A model generated the notes under the pieces. It worked only from the letters and a program-made list of their open reading frames with translations. It had not been told where the DNA came from and made no database searches. Both the position numbers and the translations under genes were made by a program. From an uncultured bacterium (lineage in GTDB: Bacteria; Planctomycetota; JAJSAM01; JAJVHW01), in contig CALKVK010000032.1 of the NCBI GenBank assembly GCA_937996235.1, positions 242,444-306,443 on the forward strand: 64,000 nt of DNA, given 5' to 3'. Positions 40,983-49,700 of the stretch are shown piece by piece. Position 1 is the stretch's first letter. Every line of letters starts with the position of its first letter.

Positions 40983-43298
40983 CTACGACTCGCCACCCAG
41001 CGCGTCAAATCGCACGAAGAACTCCTTGGCGCCCGACGTCACCCGGAAGTTCTCGGTCAGCGCGTCGGGAACGGGAACGAAGATGCGCCGCCTCGTAATG
41101 AGCGTCGTCGTCGGGACCGGACCGCCGCCGGCTCCGCTACCCGCTATCGGCTCTCGAAGTTGGATGTCGTAGTACACGCTCAGCCGACCGGACGTGTCCG
41201 TGAAGATGTAGATGACCCGGTGACCGCCCCAGACGATGCGAGTCGTGTGCGGGATTCTGAAGAAGTCGGAGTACTCCTTCATCGCCCTGTCGGACAGGCC
41301 GAGTAGCATCGAGAAATTGTTCAATTGGGGATAGCTCGCCGCTGTCGTGAGCAGCTTCATGTCCGACGACAGGTCGTCGCGGACGATCGGTGGAGCCGGG
41401 CCGAACTCTCCGCCCGGAGGGGCCTCCTGCTTCACTGGGGACGCCACCACATCGGGGATGACGTTCTCGACCGTTCCTACCTGTCGGCTGGAGACGCTCT
41501 GGCTCTGTCTTCGGACGCTGGTCCGTGCCGCCAGCATGAGTTCCTTGAGCGGCACAGCGCCAGCCAAGTAGTCGCCCAGGACTCCCTCCAGGTCGCCGCG
41601 CTCGTCCGCCTCGTACCGGTAGAGCTCGCGATTCCGTTGGAGGATCTTACGGAGCGCATCGACGCCTTGCCGCGTCGAGGAAGGCACGTGTTGCTGCACC
41701 GATGGGTAGATGTGAACCCGAACAAAGTCCTTGACGACGGGATGAAACACATCATACGCGGTATCGTAGCACTCCAGCAGGGGGCGGATCTGCGGACCTC
41801 CGCGCGAAAGGTAGATGCGAAGCCCGTCCGAGGTCCTCTCGGGGAGCACGGAGACGCCGTGCGAGATGTCTGCCAGCGCGAACTCCGCCTCGGGGATCAG
41901 GTAGTCCTCCCGCAGAACGGACGTGGCGCGGATGAGCACAGCCACCTCCGGGATCGATAGATCCGCGCCGTCGTAGCGACGCACCACCCTCGCGGAGTCC
42001 GGCACCTGTTCAAGCTTGAGCTGTGTTCGCAGGTATTCCAACTGAACGGTTCTGCGGGGGTTCGATTGAGCTGGAAGCACGAGGCAGAGTTCCTCGTTCG
42101 CAAACGTATTCAGGATGGTCGTATCTAGACCCAAGTAGTAGTGCGCCTTCCGAGAACCGATGTGCGAGAGGAGTTCGCTCAGCGGGACGTCAGTGTCCTC
42201 GGGCAGCACGCGCACGGTGATCCGTCCGACCAGATCCGGTCGGCGGTTGGCGTGCAGCCATTGCACGAACGCGGTGTTGCGGTCTGCAAGCTTGTGCGTT
42301 GCCAAGACCTCCGAGGCGGCTCGTTCGGCCAACCGGATGAAGCGCGCGACTTGGTCGATGCTCTCGCGGCTGAGTGCCTCGCGCCCCGCTGTCGGCTGCA
42401 GGAACGAGAGGTTAGCGATGCCGCCGAATTGAAAGGGACCCGATGCCGGGACCGGGGCAAGGCCGAAATTCGACCGGAGACCGTTGACTTGTCCACCGGA
42501 TTGAAGCAGCACAATCTCGCCATCGACCGGCGCGCCGGCAAGTAAGAGGCTGCGACCGTAGACGAGCACCTGTCCGTTGGCATCCACACGGACTTCGAAA
42601 GATCCTGCGCAACTACCATCCGACTCGTCGCGTGTCCCCGCGTCCGCGAACGTGCGATGGCCGATCGGAAGCACCGCCTCTGCGGTGCGCTGACTGATGA
42701 GCACACCGTTCACGGTCACCGGGACGCGCAGCAGATTCACGAACGGTCCGAGGTAGCCAATCGCCTGCTCAGTGGTCAGCAGGTTCTCGGCGTCAAGCGT
42801 TGCAGTCACTGTCGTCCCGGTATCACGGGACCGCGGCAGCCGGTCTAGGACTATGCACCGCTCGCCGATCTTCAAGGTGGCCCGGTCCGCCGCGCTCCGC
42901 AGCATCTCCGCCGCGCCCTCGGTGCGGGTCTCCACCACGAGTCGCGTGCAGACTCCGAAGTTGGCCATCGCGCCGATCCCGAACGTACCGACGACCCCCG
43001 CCTGCCGGGCTGCCTCGGAGTGCTTGCCACTGGAGCCGGCCTTCCAGAAGTGCGTCGACAGCACGTCCTCGGTCATGCCGATGCCGTTGTCCGTGATGGA
43101 GACCGTCCCATCTCGAATCTCGATCTCGATGTGCCCGCCCTCGGCCAGAACGCCATCGCGAGCGAACCGCATCCGGACGGCGTCGTAGGCATTCTGGAGA
43201 TTCTCCCGGAGCATCGCCAGAGGGGAGTCGTAGATCTCACGGGCGAGCACCCTCAACACGCGGGTCGTATCGACCTCGAAGATGAGACCGTCGGTCAT
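40983..43298 (-). CDS. HSP90-like GHKL ATPase-domain protein (HATPase_c_3 / HtpG-like N-domain; the remaining ~550 aa have no obvious domain)
   Basis: 771 aa. The N-terminus EVDTTRVLRVLAREIYDSPLAMLRENLQNAYDA parallels the HtpG N-terminus (..LYSNKEIFLRELISNASDA). Bergerat-fold motifs ITDNGIGMT and GTFGIGAMANFG (HSP90 GxFGxGFYS). Lower GC (~58-60%) than the core. Its start overlaps the stop of the upstream phosphoesterase gene by 4 nt. Confidence 0.7.
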   Translation of the reverse strand: MTDGLIFEVDTTRVLRVLAREIYDSPLAMLRENLQNAYDAVRMRFARDGVLAEGGHIEIEIRDGTVSITDNGIGMTEDVLSTHFWKAGSSGKHSEAARQAGVVGTFGIGAMANFGVCTRLVVETRTEGAAEMLRSAADRATLKIGERCIVLDRLPRSRDTGTTVTATLDAENLLTTEQAIGYLGPFVNLLRVPVTVNGVLISQRTAEAVLPIGHRTFADAGTRDESDGSCAGSFEVRVDANGQVLVYGRSLLLAGAPVDGEIVLLQSGGQVNGLRSNFGLAPVPASGPFQFGGIANLSFLQPTAGREALSRESIDQVARFIRLAERAASEVLATHKLADRNTAFVQWLHANRRPDLVGRITVRVLPEDTDVPLSELLSHIGSRKAHYYLGLDTTILNTFANEELCLVLPAQSNPRRTVQLEYLRTQLKLEQVPDSARVVRRYDGADLSIPEVAVLIRATSVLREDYLIPEAEFALADISHGVSVLPERTSDGLRIYLSRGGPQIRPLLECYDTAYDVFHPVVKDFVRVHIYPSVQQHVPSSTRQGVDALRKILQRNRELYRYEADERGDLEGVLGDYLAGAVPLKELMLAARTSVRRQSQSVSSRQVGTVENVIPDVVASPVKQEAPPGGEFGPAPPIVRDDLSSDMKLLTTAASYPQLNNFSMLLGLSDRAMKEYSDFFRIPHTTRIVWGGHRVIYIFTDTSGRLSVYYDIQLREPIAGSGAGGGPVPTTTLITRRRIFVPVPDALTENFRVTSGAKEFFVRFDALGGES

Positions 43299-44749
43299 CG
43301 CAGGAACCTCTCTCGCACCCGCCGCATCACCTCCCGCACGCTCGCGTCGTTGCTATCGCGAACCTCTGGCGTGTTGAGAAACGACGTCGCGAACTCCCGA
43401 GCGCCACCTTGAAGTATCACGTCTGCAACCACGACAGCCTCGCCAGCATTCTTCGGCGGCCAGAGCTTGGAGAATATCGCTGGACTATCGCCTAGTTCGC
43501 CGAGGGCCTTGAAGAGAAGTGGTCGGGCGAGGGGGTGCTTGCTGATGGCGTCTAGGCATCGTACGGCGTCCTCCCACTGTCCTGCTCCAATCAGTGCCTC
43601 TGCGCGCTCCAGCGCGAGTGCTGCGTCGAGCCGCTCGGGTCGGTGAGCGAGGGGCTCGCAGACGGGGAACTCAACGTGATCGGTGCCAGTGGCCACGATG
43701 TAGCCCGGTCCCCAGAGGGGCATCGCGGGCGGGAGATTCAACATCTGCCGCAGGTGGACGGTTGCGGTCAGAGCGTCCGGATCGATGGTTACAATGTTGT
43801 AGCTGCGAGGCGTACCGGGAGCGAGGTGACGCACGCCAGAGCAGAGTGTGCCAGAACTGACGACGCTGATCTTGCGGCCGCTTGGGCCGAGTCGGAACCG
43901 CTCGTCCACGCATTCCTGGCGGTGTTGGTGGCCATGGAACGCCAGCGACACACCGGAGTCGATCAGGAGTTGGAGGACGCTGGCGTCCATGTAGTCGTTG
44001 CTCGCAGGCGGGCCGAAGAGATTGTGATGCCATGCTGCTGCGGTCATCCACCCCGTTCGATGGGGGCGCCGCAACTCGCGGGTTCCTTGGGCGAGGCAGT
44101 CTGGGTGGATGGCCCCCGCGCGCCTGAGAAGATCGTTCTCGTGGCAGCTGTTGAGAACGAGAATGCAGAAGCGGAGGTCGGGGAAGTCGAAAACGTGGTA
44201 CTGGAGTGATGGGTCAAGTGGATACATCCGCTGCCCCAAGTAGAACCGTTGGTAGAACTCCGCGAACGCCTCGAAGCGCCTCTCATATGCCGCTTCGTTG
44301 GTGACCCTGAGGAAGGACATCTCGGTCCACGACCAGCGGAGTGACGTGTGCGGATACTGGTACTCGGCCGCGAGCCGACGTTTCTCGGCCGCCGTAGCGG
44401 GTGCATCGACCCTCGACATGCTCGCGAACGCAACGGCCGCGTCGACATCGTGGTTCCCTGGGAGGAGTACGATGCGCTCGCGATCTCCCGCGAAGAACGT
44501 GTCTGCGAGCCTCGCGAGGAACTCCTCCGCCTGCCCATACTGTCGGGCGACTTCCTGTGCCGGAGTCGCGGCCGTTGGGTCGGCTCCGAAGATCAGGTCC
44601 CCCGTGACCAAGCACAGGGAGGGTGCAGGAACGCCTTGATTCACATACTTGTTGCGGTCGCGCTCGAGAGACTCGATGAGCCACGTGTTGGGAAGCTCAT
44701 CGTCGTGGTCCCTGTGGAGATCGGATAGGTGGAGGATCGAGAAACTCAT
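43295..44749 (-). CDS. Calcineurin-like metallophosphoesterase with a C-terminal helical extension
   Basis: 485 aa from ATG at 44749. MPE motifs ILHLSDLH (motif I), GDLIF (II), GNHD (III) and GHQH (V). The ~130-aa C-terminus has TPR-like helices. The track ORF begins upstream at 44836. Confidence 0.7.
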   Translation of the reverse strand: MSFSILHLSDLHRDHDDELPNTWLIESLERDRNKYVNQGVPAPSLCLVTGDLIFGADPTAATPAQEVARQYGQAEEFLARLADTFFAGDRERIVLLPGNHDVDAAVAFASMSRVDAPATAAEKRRLAAEYQYPHTSLRWSWTEMSFLRVTNEAAYERRFEAFAEFYQRFYLGQRMYPLDPSLQYHVFDFPDLRFCILVLNSCHENDLLRRAGAIHPDCLAQGTRELRRPHRTGWMTAAAWHHNLFGPPASNDYMDASVLQLLIDSGVSLAFHGHQHRQECVDERFRLGPSGRKISVVSSGTLCSGVRHLAPGTPRSYNIVTIDPDALTATVHLRQMLNLPPAMPLWGPGYIVATGTDHVEFPVCEPLAHRPERLDAALALERAEALIGAGQWEDAVRCLDAISKHPLARPLLFKALGELGDSPAIFSKLWPPKNAGEAVVVADVILQGGAREFATSFLNTPEVRDSNDASVREVMRRVRERFLR

Positions 44750-45261
44750 GGCCGTCCTGTGTCGCGTCGGGCAGCAAGAATACCCGCTTGGGCAGCCGAC
44801 GCGCATCGGGATCTGCGCTCGAATTTCACATCGCATCCGGCGCCCTGCGCCCTTCGCGTCCCGACTCCTGGGAAGTCGCCGCCGGGGTGGCTTGCGCCTG
44901 CGCGTGCATCACCTCCGCTGACGCGGGCCGAGCTCCGGCCACACGGTCTTCCGTTCGGTCCTCCGGACTCTTTGCCGTTGCGCGACGGGGAGACTGGGGC
45001 GGTCGCCGTCAGTCCACGCCGAGGTGATGCGCATGCCGTGTGCGCGAGACTGGGACCCGCTGCGGCTCATCGAGGTTCGACGCCAGTGGGCGCGGACGCG
45101 CTTCGACGTGCCCGGCAGGCGTCCGGCTCCTGCGTCCGGTGCGCGTCGTCTCCTGCGGCGGTTCAGGGGCGCGAGCCAGAAGGAGAAGCCCACGGAAGCT
45201 AGCAGTGGCCAGAACCGCACGGCCGTCGTGCCTGCGGGGACGGTCCACGCCTCGGTGTGCG

Positions 45262-45269
45262 CCAACGAG
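45262..45269. repeat. Left target-site duplication CCAACGAG of the IS1595 element
   Basis: An identical 8-mer is found at 46313..46320 immediately outside the right IR. Confidence 0.75.
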
Positions 45270-46312
45270 CATGCTTCTCCGGTTGACGACCGTAGCCCCC
45301 ATCGGTAGCGTTCCGGCCGCATGCCGAAGCCGGGCTACCCTCGCAACATCGTGGAGTTCACGCGCGACTTCGCCACCGACGAGCAGTGCCTGGCCTACCT
45401 CGTCCGGTGCCGGTGGCCCGACGGGTTCCGCTGCCGGCGGTGCGGCGGCGAGAGGGCGTGGCCCCGACCCGATCGCAAGGCAATGCGGTGCGCGGGCTGC
45501 GATCTGATCACCACCGTCACGGCAGGCACGGCGATGCACCGCAGCCGCCTGCCGCTCAAGTCGTGGCTCTGGGCCGCGTACATGTTGGCGACGGACAAGC
45601 GGGGGCTCTCGGCGCTCGCACTGCAGCGGCAGCTCGGTCTCGGCCGCTACGAGACCGCGTACCAGATGCTCCAGAAGCTGCGCTCGGCGATGGTCGCGCC
45701 GAATCGCACGCGGCTCGCGGGCGTCGTCGAGGTCGACGAGACGCTGATCGGCGCTCCCTTTCGAGGCCGAAAGGAGCGCACGGCGGCCGACAAGGCCGTC
45801 GTCGTGGGCGCGGTCGAGGTGCTCCCGACCAAGAAGGGCACGCAGCCCGGCCGCATCCGGCTGCGCCACGTGCCGACGGCGGCGAAGCCGCGTCTGATGG
45901 CGTTCGTCAAGGAGTGCGTCGAGCCCAAGGCCCTCGTGATCACCGACGGCCACGAGACCTACGACGAACTCGAGAAGCTCGGCTACGAGCACGGGATCGA
46001 ATCCACCGCGACGGGCGAAGCGCAGGAGAACGTCCTGAGGCACCTGCACCTGGTCTTCTCCAACCTCAAGACGTGGCTCGACGGCACGCACCACGGCCGA
46101 GTCTCGAAGAAGCACCTGCAGCAGTACCTCGACGAGTTCACGTTTCGCTTCAACCGGCGGCACACGCCGCAGGCCGCGTTCCAGACGATCCTCGGCATCG
46201 CCGCGAAGACGCCGCCGCGCACGTACGAGCAGGTGTACGCAGGCGAGCCTGCCGAGCCGCTGCCCTTCTAGCACAAGGGGTTGGGGGTGCGGTCGTCAAC
46301 CGGAGAAGCATG
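45270..46312 (+). mobile_element. IS1595-family (ISXO2-like) insertion sequence, intact
   Basis: Perfect 24-bp terminal inverted repeats (left catgcttctccggttgacgaccg; right cggtcgtcaaccggagaagcatg), an 8-bp TSD typical of IS1595, and a single transposase gene. Total 1043 bp. Confidence 0.85.
45321..46271 (+). CDS. IS1595-family transposase (N-terminal zinc ribbon + DDE_Tnp_IS1595)
   Basis: 316 aa. CRRCGGERAW...CAGC zinc ribbon. The DDE domain with the C-terminal HxxxxxH/FRFNRR motif is characteristic of ISXO2-like transposases. Confidence 0.85.
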   Translation: MPKPGYPRNIVEFTRDFATDEQCLAYLVRCRWPDGFRCRRCGGERAWPRPDRKAMRCAGCDLITTVTAGTAMHRSRLPLKSWLWAAYMLATDKRGLSALALQRQLGLGRYETAYQMLQKLRSAMVAPNRTRLAGVVEVDETLIGAPFRGRKERTAADKAVVVGAVEVLPTKKGTQPGRIRLRHVPTAAKPRLMAFVKECVEPKALVITDGHETYDELEKLGYEHGIESTATGEAQENVLRHLHLVFSNLKTWLDGTHHGRVSKKHLQQYLDEFTFRFNRRHTPQAAFQTILGIAAKTPPRTYEQVYAGEPAEPLPF

Positions 46313-46320
46313 CCAACGAG
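46313..46320. repeat. Right target-site duplication CCAACGAG of the IS1595 element
   Basis: Matches 45262..45269. Confidence 0.75.
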
Positions 46321-46753
46321 CGCGTCGTGAACGGCGCTTCGTTCACGTCGTACGCCGTGCGCCTCAAGCGGTGGTATAGGGGCTACGACGGGACGTCGAA
46401 GTCCGCGAACTCATTCGGCGTGGGCGATGAAGCCGACGCGCTCCCGTGGACAGTGTGCGGCTCTCGTTCCGTCGACACGGATGCGGTCTGCAGCGATCCT
46501 CACGCCGCCTGGCTCGCCGCTCGCTCCGAGAGGGCGCCCCGGGTCTGGCTCCACCTCCGAGGTGCGGGAACCCGTGGCGCAGGGGATAGGTCGACGTGAA
46601 GGGAGCGAGCATACGGCTCGGATAACGGGACGTTGACAAGATGCGACGCGGTTGCGTCTCAGCGCAGGGGTAACGCGGGACGCCGGGCCATGAGCCGCGC
46701 AGGTGCGTGAGCCGTCCGAGTGCGCTAGTCACGGTGCAGTCGTTGCTTGCGAG

Positions 46754-49700
46754 TCAGCGTGCCTCTGCCTCCAGCGCCGTGATCTCGTCGGCGTCGTGAC
46801 CTGCTGCGCGCAGCGCGGCGATGCGGTCGGCGAGGCGAAGGCGGGCGGCTGGGTCGGGCTCGACGACGGTGGCGTTGAACAGCGCCTTGGCCTCGTTCAG
46901 CGCGACCTCGTCGGTGTCGTGGTCCGCTGCTCGCAACGCGGCGACGCGGTCGGCCAAGCGCAGGCACGCGGCGGGATCGGGCTCGACGACGGTGGCGTTG
47001 AACAGCGCCTTCGCCTCCTCGAGCGCGATCTCGTCGGTGTCGTGGCCTGCCGCTCGCAGCGCGGCGACGCGGTCGGCGAGGCGCAGGCGGGCGGCTGGGT
47101 CGGGCTCGTTGGCGGTGACGTTGATGAGCGCCTTCGCCTCCTGGAGCGCGATCTCGTCAGTGTCGTGACCTGCTGCGCGCAGCGCGGCGATGCGGTCGGC
47201 GAGGCGCAGACACGCGGCTCGGTCGGGCTCGACTACGGTGGCGTTGAACAGCGCCGTCGCTTCCTCGAGCGCGAGCTCGTCGGTGTCGTGGCCTGCTGCT
47301 CGCAGCACGGCGATGCGGTCGGCGAGGCGCAGGCACGCGGCGGGGTCGGGCTCGTTGGCGGTGGCGTTGAACAGCGCCTTGGCCTCGTTCAGCGCGACCT
47401 CGTCGGTGTCGTGGTCCGCTGCCCGCAGTGCGGCGATGCGGTCGGCGAGGCGAAGGCGGGCGGCTGGGTCGGGCTCGACGACGGTGGCGTTGAACAGCGC
47501 CTTGGCCTCGTTCAGCGCGACCTCGTCGGTGTCGTGGTCCGCTGCCCGCAGTGCGGCGATGCGGTCGGCGAGGCGAAGGCGGGCGGCTGGGTCGGGCTCG
47601 CCGACGGTGGCGTTGAACAACGCCTTCGCCTCGCGGAGCGCGATCTCGTCAGTGTCGCGACCTGCTGCCCGCAGCGCGGCGATGCGGTCGGTGAGGCGCA
47701 GACACGCGGCAGGGTCGGGCTCGACTACGGTGGCGTTGAACAGCGCCTTGGCCTCGTTTAGCGCGACCTCGTCGGTGTCGTGGCCTGCTGCGCGCAGCGC
47801 GGCGATGCGGTCCGCGAGGCGCACGCGGACGGCCGGGTCGGGCTCGACGACGGTGGCGTTGTTCAGGGCGTTCGCCTCCTGGAGCGCGACCTCGTCGGTG
47901 TCGTGGTCCGCTGCCCGCAGTGCGGCGATGCGGTCGGCGAGGCGAAGGCGGGCGGCTGGGTCGGGCTCGCCGACGGTGGCGTTGAACAACGCCTTCGCCT
48001 CCTCGAGCGCGATCTCTTCCGTGTCGTGGCCTGCTGCCCGCAGCGCGGCGATGCGGTCCGCGAGGCGCACGCGGACGGCCGGGTCGGGCTCGACGACGGT
48101 GGCGTTGTTCAGGGCGTTCGCCTCCTGGAGCGCGACCTCGTCGGTGTCGTGGTCCGCTGCCCGCAGTGCGGCGATGCGGTCGGCGAGGCGAAGGCGGGCG
48201 GCTGGGTCGGGCTCGCCGACGGTGGCGTTGAACAACGCCTTCGCCTCCTCGAGCGCGATCTCTTCCGTGTCGTGGCCTGCTGCCCGCAGCGCGGCGATGC
48301 GGTCGGCGAGGCGCATGCGGGCGGCCGGGTCGGGCTCGACGATCGTGGTGAAGCGTAGAGCCGCAGCGTGCCGGAGCGCACCGACCTGAGCATCGACATG
48401 CCGCCCGCAGTCCCGGACATGGTCGGCGAGTTCCTCGCGCAGGCTCTCCGCGCGAGAGCGGAGGGGCTCCTCGGTGACGAGGTGCGTGATCGACCAGATG
48501 AGCGGCAGCGCCGACAGCGCGAACGGCGCAAGGGCCCTGATCGGATCGTCGTGGAAGCGACCCTGCCACGAGAGCCGCGTGCTGGCGACGCCCGGCGGAT
48601 GGAGGGACTCGCGGACGATGTGGACGCGTAGGCCGTCCGGCCGCATCACGAAGAGCCCAGGCTCACCTTCGTTCGCACGTTCGTGGGCGAGGAAGCGCAC
48701 TTCACTCAGTTGCCACGCTACGTCGCGCAGATCCGGAGGAAGTGCCTCCGGCTCCGCGTGTCCCACATACGCCAGGATGCGGAGCACGCGGAGGCGTTGG
48801 CCGTCGAGGTCGGCGCCCGCTGCCGACCTCGCAACCCGCTCGATCGCTCTCGAGTACGAATTCGCCAGGAGCTCAGCAGAAGTCTGTGGGATCGGCACGC
48901 CGGGCTGTAGGGCCAGCGCAAGACCGCGCAACGCAGCCTCGAAGTGTCCCTCGGAGGCCAGGGCCACGGCAGCCAACGCGTCGTTGCGCCGCAGCGCAGC
49001 GGCGGCGCGAGGACTGGCGGCGGCGATGCGTCGCAGATACTCCGCAACGGAGCCGGGATCATGTACCGGCTCGAACGCGAACTCGGAGTACCGCTCGCGC
49101 TGATGCCGACGCTCTCCGAGCACGTCGTGTGTCGGCCAGGTGGTCACCAGGCATCGCAGCGCGAAGTCGCCTTCCCAAGTCCACGGCAGGTCGAGAAACG
49201 CGCCCATGCGCTCAGGCTGCGAGCCCTTGTAGTCGTCCCACACGACGAGGCAGCGGAAAGACGCGCCGGAGTGCCCGCGTGGCCCGCTCGCTCGGAGCCG
49301 GTGGAGAGACGCCATCGCGGCGTCGGTGAACGAGTTGTCGCCTGCCGTGACGAACAGGACGTGCCACCCCTCGCCGCGTGCCAGGTCCGCGGCGGCGAGC
49401 GCGAACCGCGTCTTGCCGGTGCCGGGCGGGCCGCGCCACACGTGCACGCGGATCTTGTCCTCCGCGAGCAGCCCTCGGACCTTCTCGAGTTCTCCGTGGC
49501 GCCCGAGGAACGTCTCCTGCAGCGCGCTCGCTGTCGATGCCTCGGCCCACAGATCGTCGAGTCCGTAGTCGTACGTGCGAGCGATGCTCCAGTAGCGACT
49601 GGCGAACGTGGCGAGCGGCTCCAGGCGCGAACCGTAGAGCCCCCGCAGCGTCTCGGCGATCTCCAGGAGGCGCTCGTCGATGCGCGCGAGCCGGCCCACC

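Noticed and set aside
44750-45261. Possible small genes in the 510-bp gap upstream of the MPE gene (ORFs 44788..45027, 44729..45202)
   Set aside because: No RBS or motif support, and composition-driven. More likely this is the promoter/regulatory region of the MPE-GHKL operon, disrupted at its distal end by the IS1595 insertion.
45009-46274. 421-aa minus-strand ORF antisense to the IS1595 transposase, and 45386..46330 plus-strand alternate frame
   Set aside because: The transposase frame has a zinc ribbon and DDE motifs. The others are composition-driven.
46757-48340. Possible CRISPR array (regular ~123-bp periodicity)
   Set aside because: The units are contiguous with no unique spacers, lie in frame within a protein-coding gene, and the period is far longer than CRISPR repeats. 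This is a protein tandem repeat.
46703-48389. Long plus-strand ORFs (46703..47761, 46821..47168, 47190..48389, 47780..48358) with internally repetitive translations
   Set aside because: They are alternate-frame/antisense readings of the 123-bp tandem coding repeats of the minus-strand STAND gene. No independent motifs. The minus-strand frame carries the P-loop NTPase and is the real gene.
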